Assembly: GCF_004010195.1 (NCBI RefSeq)
Contig: NC_057749.1
Location: forward strand, 17,005,750-17,067,749
Length of the DNA: 62,000 bases
Origin: Chiloscyllium plagiosum
Lineage: Eukaryota
Reading direction: 5' to 3'
Position numbers and translations under genes: made by a program. The notes beneath the pieces are model-generated. The model saw nothing but the letters and a program-made list of their open reading frames with translations. It was not told where the DNA came from and searched no databases. Below, piece after piece: positions 24,301-36,300 of this stretch. Each line of letters begins with the position of its first letter. Positions within the stretch are counted from its first letter, which is position 1.

Positions 24301-27300
24301 NNNNNNNNNNNNNNNNNNNNNNNNNNNNNNNNNNNNNNNNNNNNNNNNNNNNNNNNNNNNNNNNNNNNNNNNNNNNNNNNNNNNNNNNNNNNNNNNNNNN
24401 NNNNNNNNNNNNNNNNNNNNNNNNNNNNNNNNNNNNNNNNNNNNNNNNNNNNNNNNNNNNNNNNNNNNNNNNNNNNNNNNNNNNNNNNNNNNNNNNNNNN
24501 NNNNNNNNNNNNNNNNNNNNNNNNNNNNNNNNNNNNNNNNNNNNNNNNNNNNNNNNNNNNNNNNNNNNNNNNNNNNNNNNNNNNNNNNNNNNNNNNNNNN
24601 NNNNNNNNNNNNNNNNNNNNNNNNNNNNNNNNNNNNNNNNNNNNNNNNNNNNNNNNNNNNNNNNNNNNNNNNNNNNNNNNNNNNNNNNNNNNNNNNNNNN
24701 NNNNNNNNNNNNNNNNNNNNNNNNNNNNNNNNNNNNNNNNNNNNNNNNNNNNNNNNNNNNNNNNNNNNNNNNNNNNNNNNNNNNNNNNNNNNNNNNNNNN
24801 NNNNNNNNNNNNNNNNNNNNNNNNNNNNNNNNNNNNNNNNNNNNNNNNNNNNNNNNNNNNNNNNNNNNNNNNNNNNNNNNNNNNNNNNNNNNNNNNNNNN
24901 NNNNNNNNNNNNNNNNNNNNNNNNNNGGAAATGGGAGAGTGGGAAATAGAGAGAGAGAGAGTTGAGAGAGACAGTATGTGAGAGAGAGAGAGGGTGTGAG
25001 AGTGTGTGTGAGAGAGAGAGAGAGTGTGTGTGTATGTGTGTGCGAGAGTGTGAGTGTGTGTGGGGTGTGGGGAAGGCAGGACAGAATGTAAAGGTTAGGT
25101 AACAGAGTTGCCCTGGCAACCTGTTCAACACGCAAACAGCAACGATTCAATTAACTCAGAAACACGATGGGGGCGAGGCAGGCAGCGTCAGCAATTCCAC
25201 GATTCACATTGGATTGGTCTAAAAGTACCCTTCTCAGCGAGCTGACCCCCAGAGGGGAGTGTTAATTTGAATAATGCAGAACCAGCTGCTCTCACTGATA
25301 CACATACCTTCTTCAATATCTTCCCAGGGTCTAGCCTCTCCCAGTCTCACCATCCATTCCTCCAGTACCTCCCGCCTCAGTGCCCAGATGGTGAGAGTCT
25401 GACATTTATCATTCTTGTATTTGTCCTGATGAGTGCAAGGTGGAAAGCTTCAGGTGACACACCTCCATCTGCTACAACATTTCGGTGTCTGATCATCATG
25501 CATCAACAGAATTCCTGAACGTGGGCCCAGGATATTTGACCATAGAAACCATCACCACCGAGGCCAGGTCTATCTGTACCCGCTGCCTGCGGTCACTTTT
25601 TTAAAAAAATCATTCACGGGATGAGAGTGTCGCTGGCCTAGACCAGTATTTATTGCCCATCCCTAATTACCCAGAGGACAGTTAAGAGTCAATCACATTG
25701 CTGTGGGACTGGAGGCACATTTCAGCCAAACCGGGTAAAGATGTCAGATTCCTTCCCTAAAGGACATTAGTGAACCAGATGGGTTTTCCCAACAATTGAC
25801 AATGAATTCATGGTCATCATTTGACTGCTAATTCCAGATTTTTATTGAGTTCAAATTCCATCTGCTGTGGCAAGATTTGAACCCGGGTCTCCAGAATGTG
25901 CATGGAAATGGGTCAGGCATGGCTTTGGAATGAGGGTCTGGTTACAATCAGTTAACTTGGCCCTCGATCGAACCTTGGTTCGAACAGTGGGGGAGGGGGC
26001 AGCTGTATTAAAACAGGGTGAACTTGATGCAGTGGGAAACAGTGGCACACTCAGGCAGTGCTGCCTTTCCTGTTTTACAACAGCGATTGCACAGCAGACC
26101 CACACAGGCTTTAAGAATGTTGTAAGGCCACAAAAGGCTGTGAGGAAATGCAAGTTCCTCTTCTTCAGAATCTACATACAACATTAGGAGGCTCCCAGTG
26201 AGCAGAGGAGAGACCCTGGGGAGTAACAGGGAGGGTCAGAAGGTGCTGGGGGGGGTGTCAGTGTGAATGGGGAGGGGGGGGGGAAATGGGAGTCATGGCT
26301 CATCCACAGGGGCAATAGGTGACTAGGCCCCAAATGCTCACCCCTGGTCCCAGGCTTTGGGCCTAAATTGGCAAAAAAACAACTACACCTGACAGAAGCA
26401 CAGAACATGGTCATACAGAAAACAAATTATGTTTAGCTAAACACTGCAATCCATACAACTGGATTGTTCCTCTGCACTCCCCTCCAAAAAGCAGAGCATG
26501 GTGTCTGCCCACTTCCTGTGGTGGGAAAGAGTAACAGGAAACCAAGGGCATAGCTTGGGCCTACAAGAAGTGGTCAAAGCAACCAAAGGCAGCACAGTGA
26601 CTCAAAGCGCGAGTCTTGTCAATGTTTGCCTGACAATCTTCTGTCACTTTTTTTTCTCAAATAAGAGACTAAAGGAAAGCAATGGAGGCACTGGGAGGTC
26701 ATGTGGGTCAAGTCAGTGTCGAGACAGCAACAACTACTTAGTCACATCTTGCTCATTTAACATTCTCAAATCCTGAAAGGAGTACAGTATATAAGAAAAT
26801 AACAGGAGCAGGAGTAGTCCATTCAGCCCCTTAAACTTGCCCCATCATTCAACTTTGGGGCTGATCTGGCCCAGGCTTCAACTCTTCTGTGCCAGCTCCT
26901 GACAGCCCTCAACTCTCTGCTATTTCAACAATCTCTCTACCTCCTCTTTAAATACCCTCAGTGATCCAGCCACCACAACTCTCTGCAGTGGATCATTTCC
27001 GACATCCATGACCCTCTGGGAGATGAAATTCCTTCACATCAGTTTTAAATGGGAGTTCAGTATTCTGTAATTATGTCCCTCTTTTGAGATTTCCCACTCG
27101 TGGAAATGTCTTCTCAACATCAACCCTGTCAAATACCCTCAGAATCTTCTATGTTTCAATAGGATTGTCCCTCATTCTTCTCAACTCCAATGATTAAAGG
27201 CCTAACCTGATTAGTTGCTCTATACAAGTCAATCCTTCATCCCAGGTATCAGCTGAGTGAATCTCTTTTGTTCAGATCAGAATGGTGATGTATTGCCGTG

Positions 27301-30300
27301 GGGATTAGAGACCCTCAGTTGTTGCAGGGGGTCACACAGCGAGGGTAGTGGGACACACTCACTGGATACATGGCCCGGGTGCTCCCTTCCAGTATTCACT
27401 CCTCCCTCTTACAGTCATAGAGTCATAGAGATGTACAGCACAGAAACAGACCCTTCGGTCCAACCCGTCCATGCCAACCAGATATCCCAACCCAATCTAG
27501 TCCCACCTGCCAGCACCCGGCCCATATCCCTCCAAACCCTTCCTATTCATATACCCATCAAAATGCCTCTTAAATGTTGCAATTGTACCAGCCACCACCA
27601 CTTCCTCTGGCTGTTCATTCCATACACGCATCACCCTCTGCATGAAAACGTCCCTTAGGTCTCTTTTACATCTTTTCTCTCTCACCCTAAACCTATGCCC
27701 TCTAGTTCCGGATTCCCCCCATCCCAGTGAAAAGACTTTGTGTATTTACCCTATCCATGCGCCTCATGATTTTATAAACCTCTATAAGGTCACCCCTCAG
27801 CTTCCAATGGTCCAGGTAAAACAGCCCTAGCCTTTTCAACCCTATAGTTCAAATCTCCAACCTTGCAACATCCTTGTAAATCTTTTCTGAACCCTTTCAA
27901 GTTTCACAACATCTTTCCGATAGGAAGGAGACCAGAATTGCACGCAATATTCCAACAGTGGCCTAACCAATGACCTGTACAGCTGCATCATGACCTCCCA
28001 ACTCCTGTACTCAATAATCTGACCAAGAAAGGAAAGCATACCAAACGCCTTCTTCACTATCCTATCTACCTGCGACTCCACTTGCAAGGAACTATGAACC
28101 TGCACTCCAAGGTCTCTTTGTTCAGCAACACTCCCTAAAACCTTACCATTAAGTGTATAAGTCCTGCTAAGATTTGTTTTCCCAAAATGCAGCCCTCGTA
28201 TTTATTTAAATTAAACTCCATCTGCCACTTCTGTTGTAATCTGAGGTAACTGTCTTCGCTGTCCACTACACCTCATCTGCAAACTTACTAACTGTACCTC
28301 TTATGTTCACATCTTCACTGATGATAGTGTGTTCCCAAAATACCCCCAAAGATTCCATTCCTTCCTTATTCCCTGGTGAATCCTATGCAGTCAGACAGTG
28401 GTCAAGGGCAGATGGGGAATGTCTGGAGTGTCACATCTCCAGAGAACAGCTGTGGCTTGTAACTCCCTGCTACCCTTCCAGAACACAATAGCCAGGTGCT
28501 ACAACCATAATGTGCACAGCAAGGTCCAACGGTTAGTGATTTCAGTCACCACCAAAACTGATTTAGCTATTGGCCAAGGTTGGATTTCAGCTAGGCACCA
28601 GAACACCCCCTTTCTTTTTTAGCTGGAGCTTTGTAGGATCTTTAAACAGTCATAGAGTTGTACAGCACGGAAACAGATACTTTGGTCCATTTAATCCATG
28701 CTGACCAGATATCCGAAAATAATCTAGTTGCATTTGCCTGAACCAACACTCCAACCCCCCTGCACCCTGCACTGGGTGAGAGACTAGATAAACACTCCCC
28801 CCCGCACCAGAGTGAGAGACTGGGTAAACACTCCCCCAGCACTGGAGTGAGAGACTGGGTAAACACTCCCCCAGCACTGGAGTGAGAGACTGGGTAAACA
28901 CTCCCCGCAGCACTGGAGTGAGAGACTGGGTAAACACTCCCCCCAGCACCAGAGTGAGAGACTGGGTAAACACTCCCCCCAACACCGGAGTGAGAGACTG
29001 GGTAAACACTCCCCCAGACCTGGAGTGAGAGACTGGGTAAACACTCCCCCCAGCACCGGAGTGAGAGACTGGGTAAACACTCCCCCCAGCACCAGAGTGA
29101 GAGACTGGGTAAACACTCCCCCCAACACCGGAGTGAGAGACTGGGTAAACACTCCCCCAGACCTGGAGTGAGAGACTGGGTAAACACTCCCCCCAGCACC
29201 AGAGTCAGAGACTGGGTAAACACTCCCGGTAAACACTCCCCCCAGCACCAGAGTCAGAGACTGGGTAAACACTCCCCGCAGCACTGGAGTGAGAGACTGG
29301 GTAAACACTCCCCCCAGCACCAGAGTCAGAGACTGGGTAAACACTCCCCCAGCACTGGAGTGAGAGACTGGGCAAACAGCTCAAACTCTGTGATGGGGAT
29401 GAAGAGGAGACCCTCAGATTCAGAGGATGGCTGAGTCCCTCACTGAGCTCAGCTGACACAGTGTTATGGAGGCTACCGCAATGCAGAAATAATTCAGGTT
29501 AAAATCAAAGTGGAAGTATCCCAATGCTTGAATTAATTTTGCAACTTCACCTCCTGTGAGAGAGTGCGGAACCTGTTGCTACTGCTGCGGGAGAAAGGTC
29601 CATAAATGGAGATTTGAAAGTTTTATTTTAAGCTCACAAGCTGGATATCAGGGATTTGATTCCCAACCTTTACCAGAACCAGTGAACCAGCCAAAAGCCA
29701 CTGCTCAAAAAGGCAGCTCTGCAGGGAACTGCCCTGGACAGGCCCCAAGGTTATATGAATCTCTGCCAATCATGATGCAGATTTGTCCAGATTGAGAGTG
29801 CTCAGCATGCTCAAAACAACAACAGTATTCACGTTAACTCTTTGATGTTATAAGCACACCTTGCATTTCTTTGCAGCTTCCAGGCACATTTCCTTGTTTA
29901 CATTTGTCCAGGACAGGGGAAAGGCAGGGCAGTGGGACTTGCTGCATTACTATCTCAGAGAGCCAGAGTGGCCTTAATGTGCTGTAACCATTCTGACTCT
30001 ATAATCAAATTACATTGCCTCCACTAACAAACAGGATTTGGAAATATCACTAAACTTTATACTTTCCAGGAAATTTCAAGCTTTGTGGAAAAGCGCCTGA
30101 TTTTTATTTTACAACTTGAAATGAATTTGTTATTGATTTGTGATGTATTAAAGCTGCTGCGAATTGGTACAATTCATATTAACTGGTACTGGAATTACAA
30201 ATGGATAAAACCAGGAGGGAGGGGAAGTTGGGCAACAGCACGGCAACAAGGGAGGAAGAGTGAGAGGGAAGGCAGCACGGTGACAAAGGAGAGAGATAGA

Positions 30301-33300
30301 GAGCAAGAGAAAGAAATAATGAGGGGAGCACAGTGATGAGGAAACGAGAGAGAGGAGAGCACAGTGATGAGAGAGAAAGAGAGAGAGAAAAAGGAACACA
30401 GTGATGAAGGAGAGAAAGAACAATGACAAGGGTGAGAAAGGAAAACATAATGATGAGGTAGAGAGAAAGAGAGAGATAGATAGATAGAGAGAAGAACACA
30501 GTGACAAGGATGAGAGACACACAGACAATTCTATTAATAGCCATGGAGGGAAGAAATGACAGGAGTGTCCAGTCTTATTCTGCCTTGATGACCATGTGAG
30601 CACTCTGTGGCTCTATATTCAGGTGCTGCTGCTGCAACTCATCCAAACTGAACCAGACTAATACAGCACAGAGCCGCGAATGAACCTAGATCAACGCGAG
30701 CAGCAACCTTCAGATAGCCCATACTCTGGGGAGTTGCCATATCCCACCATTGGGCTGGAATTCTCTGGAATTAGCTCCTGTCTTAAACAAGCTCCAGACA
30801 CATCAGTGTGGAGTCACAGGAAAGTTGCTGCAAAGTTATCAGTGATTGAGCCTTGAACCGAGTGAACACAAACCGATCAGTGAGAGATGGTGTGGGGTCT
30901 GATCAGTGCAGTGGGACTACTTCAGGTCATTCCTGAGGTGGTCAGAGATCAGGCATGTGAGGGATTGGCCAAGGAATACGAGAGGACTCCCTGCGGTGGG
31001 TTGCTGTTGGATTCCGTCTGTGTGTGAATTATTCCTGAATTTCATACCTGAGCCTTCTCTCTCTTGGCCCGAATGAGGGTCTCTTGGTAATGCTCAGCCA
31101 CAGGGGGTAAGACATCAGCCAGCTTGGCACTCGGCAGGAGCAGTGCATTCAGAGTCTTCTGAGGATCCCCTTCATCCACAGCCTCATTAATCAGGCCAAT
31201 CGCCTTAATTCCTGGGAAATACAACAGCAGATCAGAAGCAGCCTTAAACTCAGGCTGGGAACATACAGGTACACATATAGATGCGTGTGCATACAGACAC
31301 ACAGATGGTGACAAACTGAACAAGCAGTCCTGAGGATCAAATCACCCATGACAGAGCTGTAGCCTCTTTTCCTTCCTCCAAGAATGGGATCTCTGCACAG
31401 CCAGTTGTTCTCAGTGCCAAGGTTGGGGGCGGTGCGGTGTGTGTGGAATGCAGGCAGCAATCAGCCAGAGTATTAGGCAAGAGGGTGATTAGGTTCCCTT
31501 GTGATATCTCTCTTTGGAAATTGGAGCAGTAGGCCATTCGACCAATCAAGCCTGCTTCCCTATCAATCAGATCTTGGCTTCTGAATGGGCCATCTTAATG
31601 ACTGCTCTTGGAAACTTCAACGCATTGTCAGTCAAAGACCTGTCCAACCCAGCTTTGAGTAAATTCGTCACCACTCACTGACCACCCAGCCATTATCAAA
31701 CCTTCTGGAGATGAAGTTCCTCCTCATCTCCATCCCTAAAGCAGAATGCCTTATTTTTAAAATCTGCCCTGATTTCTAGAGTTCCCTCTGATAGGGGGCA
31801 TCTACCCGTCAAGTCACCTTAGACTCTTATTTTTAAGTAAGATCAGCTTTTACTCTCTGAAATTCCAGCAAGTACAGAACCAACTTACTCAACCCTTCCT
31901 CACAAGCCAACTCCTTCATCCCAGATATCAGCCTGGTGACCCATTCTCTGAACTACATCCAATAGAGTCCACCCCCTTCACCTGTTTTTCTCATCAGCTT
32001 GTTCAGTGATGTTAGTACACACCTCTAGAGCAAGTGGGATTTGAACCCAGGGCTCTCAGTCCAAGGATAGGGATGCTCGCACTGCACCACAAGACAGCCT
32101 TACATTTACTTCATAATTTTTAACAAAGCATGTTATTTAATCTATTATTCTCATCAATCTCATTCACAGAGGTTGTTATTTAGCAGTGGAGCAGGTGGGA
32201 CTTGAACTAGGCCTCCTGGTCTAGAGGTAGGGATACTATCACTGCACCACAAGAGAGCCCCCTTAATCCCCTCCTTAAGTGAGGAGATGATATGAAATTT
32301 AGCTGCAGTGTCCCCAATATCCACTACTATTGTAACAGGTGTCCCCTACTTTCACAAGCCTTCTCTCTTTGCTATTCAGGCCAATATTCCATTTGTCATC
32401 CCTCTTACTTGTTTTATGGTTGATTCTCACAGGACAATTTAAGATCGGAAGAATGGACATTTGAAAACACTGACAATTAAGACAGGGCTAAAGGTTACAA
32501 TGCATAGACTCTCCTCCTGCCATTCTACATTCACATGGTATAATTGGCTAATCACAGGATCAACAGGGTAGCTCAGTGATTAGCACTGCTGCCTCACAGC
32601 ACCAGGGACCTCTGTTCGATTCCAGCCTCAGGCGACTGACTGTGTGGAGTTTGCACATTCTGGGTTTCCTCCAGTGTTCTGGTTTCCACCCACAATCCTA
32701 AGGTTTGCAGGTTAGATGAATTGGCCATGCTAAATTGCCCATAGAGTTCAGGGATGTGTAGGTAAGGTGCATTAGCCAGGGGTAAATATAGGGTAAGGGA
32801 ATGGGACTAGGTGGGTTACTCTTCTCAGGGTCGGTGTGGATTTGGTGGGGTGAAGGGCCTGTTCCCACGGTGTAGGGTTTCTGTGAATCTCATCAATTTG
32901 TCAACAATAGACCCAGGCATGAGGAGAGGGAAAGCGTACAGGAGTAGCTTGGCTTCCTGTTCCCATTGTCTACTTACGATCATGTTCCTCTTGGACTACT
33001 ATGTTCACCTGGTCAACCGATCCCTGGATATCGTTCCAGGTGAGAAACTCATTGCTCTCTGCTCGCGCTTTGGCCTTCATTCTCATCAGCTCATCCACAT
33101 ACCTGTCACACACAAAGGGCACCGTGAAGATCAAAGCTGAGGGGTGATCTCAATCAGTGTGTTTCGGACATCTCAAAAGGATCTCACTGAGTCGAATGAA
33201 TTGTAAAACCTTAAAACAAGAGCCAGTTTATTAAGGGGCAATGTTGAGAAACAGGAAGTGGAAATGTGGAACTCTCTCTGTCTCTGTGTTGTTGAGTTGG

Positions 33301-36300
33301 GGATAAATTGAAATGACAAAACTGTGAGTCAGAAGATTTTGGTAAAGGTTGCAGTATCAAGGCAGTCAGACCAAGCTAAAATACAGATCAGCTGTTATTG
33401 AACTGAATGGCAAAACAGGCTTGAATGGACTCCCCTTATTCCAATACCAACAAACAGCCAAATCTAAAGTAACAATGATGAAAGAACATGAAATTACGGC
33501 ACAGAGGTTGATACCCTGTCACCAAGTCCCCCTTTATTTACATGGAGAGAGTTTTAGAGATATACAGCATGGAAACAGACCCTTCGGTCCAACTCGTCCA
33601 GATAGCCCTCGACACTGATTCAGCTCTCAGAGTGAACAGAACCTCTCAGCCAGGGCTCCCTGGTTGGACCAGATTAACAGATCCAATCCGGGAACTCATA
33701 TTCTATGAGGTCCAGCTGGCTGACCTCATTACAATCACTACGAACAAGATGGTGAGGTAGAGGTTGATCGTACGTATGTGATCGTACTGCAATGACACTC
33801 AAAACTCTGCTGCTGGCAACATCCCAACTCTCACCAAGTTCCGCTCACCCTCTGGCTCTCAGGCAGGCAGCTGCTTGTGTTTCAAATCCCTCCAAAGCCA
33901 TATCCCTCTCTCTCTGTCCCTGTAAACCCCTCCTCCAGTTCTGCCATCCTCTGAGATCTCTGGGCTTCTCTGATTGTATTGTTGATTTCATCGAGGATCA
34001 TTGATTTTCATCCCTCGCCCATCAGATGGGCATTCCGTTCCAAGAGCTGTCCTTCCCAAAACCTCTCCAGCTCCATCCCGCTCTCTGTGTGTGGTCATGA
34101 TAGAGTCAAATGTTCGATGTTAATTGTAGTGATCAAAACCCAGTGAGTGGATCCCATTGACTGAGATTCTTTATTGGGGTTATTAATGTGGGCCAATCAG
34201 GGAGCCCTGGCTGACAGATATAAATAGCAGTGTCACCTGCACACACACAACATAAATAAAATAAAAAGAAAAAAAAAAACAAGAGTCTCAGGGGCCCTGC
34301 TCACTGACAGCTGCCTCTGAGGGAGCTGGATCAGTATCAAGGACTCTCCTTGTGGAAATAAAGGGTGACTTGCTGATGGGATACCAGCCTCTGTGGAGTT
34401 ATTTCACAGTGCAGCTTCCCCTGGACACAGAGTACAAAGACAGAATCAAATTTATTTGTATTTCTTAGCCATTAAGAAATAATTTGATAAAAAGTGTTAA
34501 AAATTATGAGTGCACAGTGCAAAGTAGCAACTCATGTCTAATCTGTACCTCAATTCCATTTACCTGCTGTTGATCAATAACCTCACCTAATAAAAAATTA
34601 TGTATATCTCTGTCAGCCAAGCAGACTTAATCTTTTGAGGAAGACGTTTTCGGATTTCCATTATCCTTTATGTGAAAAAGTGTTCTTTCACTTGCTTCTT
34701 AATAGTTCAGCTCAAATATTAGGATTGAGCTCCCTTGTTTAAAAAAAAATGGAAAAAAAATAAATAGGAGTGTCAAAAGGGCTCCTGAGTCTAAGGACTG
34801 ACTCCGAGCTGTCAGGTCAAGAGCCCATGTACCGTACACATGTAAATAAAGAGCGACTTGGTGAGGGGATACTGGCCTCTGTGCAGTTATTTCAATAACG
34901 CTCTGTGAAACATTTTGGAATGGTCACAATGTTAAAGGTACCACATAATTCCAACTTGTTGTTGTCGTTAACAGGAGGTTTAACCCACAATTCCGATGAC
35001 TCTATTTGGCCCGTCTCTCCCTCACTGGCTTCCTAAAGCCTGGGTCTCTAGGCTGTGCTCTTACCTCTGAGCGTTGCCATCGTCCACGTTGGTGAGTCCT
35101 GTCACTGGGTTCTGGATCTGTCTCCACACCCCGTTCACATCCCCAGCCTCCAGAGCACGATTGATCAGTGCCACAGAAGACAGCATCTCCACAGCAACAG
35201 CCAGCTCAGCATGTGTTAAGTTGCCCTGTTCCCAGATACATGTAAACATTTAATGTTGGTTATTTACATGCAATGAAAATGTAAGTAACACTTGCAGCAA
35301 GCAATAATGACTAACCAATTAAATAAAGTACCCATGAAATATTCTGCCCATCAACTTTGCAAAACCTAACACAGCCCCATGTGGACTGTCCCCTATCACT
35401 GACACTACCCACCTATTTAATCCCTGTGATGAGGTTCAGAGGAAACATTCCTTGACCTGGAGGGGATTTTGAACAAAGCTAATTTTGTTTGTAAAAGCAG
35501 ATAATTAAATGACAATGTGGTAAAAGGGAGAGCAATATGGAGGTGGGAGGCAGTGGTAATGCCACTGGACTAGTGGCCCAGAGGCTCAGGCTAATGTTCT
35601 GGGGACATGTGTTCGAATCCCACCTGGGCAGGTGATGAAACATGAAGTCACTGAAATATGAAATCAAAACTTAGTGTAACGGCGATCACGTAACCACAGT
35701 CGAATGTTGAGAAAAAACATCAAGAATCTGCCTCTTCACCTGGTCTGACCTGCACACCTGGCTCACTCCAATGTGGTTGACTCTGGGCAATGGGGGACGG
35801 ACAATAAATACCTGGCCAGTGATGCTGAAAATGTTTAATACCATTAGAAAAAAATGTGAGGACGTCTCAGAAGATATTGACACTTGGAGTTTAAAATTCC
35901 AGGAATGATGCTTCTGATATTTATGCTGCTTTCAATATTAGTGCAGGGAATAAACAAAACGTATTTATCAAGGACAGGGAAGACATGGATGTTTTAGCAA
36001 CCCAGCCTTGAGGGTTTGGGTTTCCTCTGGGTGCTCCAGTTTCCTCCCACGTCTAAAGATGTAAAGGTTAGGGTGGATTGGCCATGCTAAATTGCCCATA
36101 GTGTCCAGGGATGTGCAGGCTAGGTAGATTGGCTGTGGGGAATGCAGGGTTACAGGGATAGGGTAGGGGGGTGGGTCTGGGTGGATCTGTTCAGAAGGTT
36201 AGTGTGGATTCAATGGGCTGAATGGCCTGCTTCCACAGTGTAGGGTTTCTATGATTCAAAAAACTGTCTTGAATCAGACCCTGGCTATGGAGCTCTGGCC

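Noticed and set aside
23924..25150. 318-372-aa ORFs
   Set aside because: They read through the N gap and microsatellites.
28642..29459. Cys/Leu-rich repetitive ORFs; superficial CRISPR-like periodicity
   Set aside because: A tandem minisatellite with no unique spacers and no cas genes, inside a eukaryotic intron.
16105..31047. Nested antisense protein-coding gene in the 14.9-kb intron 15 (by analogy with F2RL2 in IQGAP2)
   Set aside because: No plus-strand ORF resembles a GPCR or other cellular protein; only the 793-nt gap is unseen.
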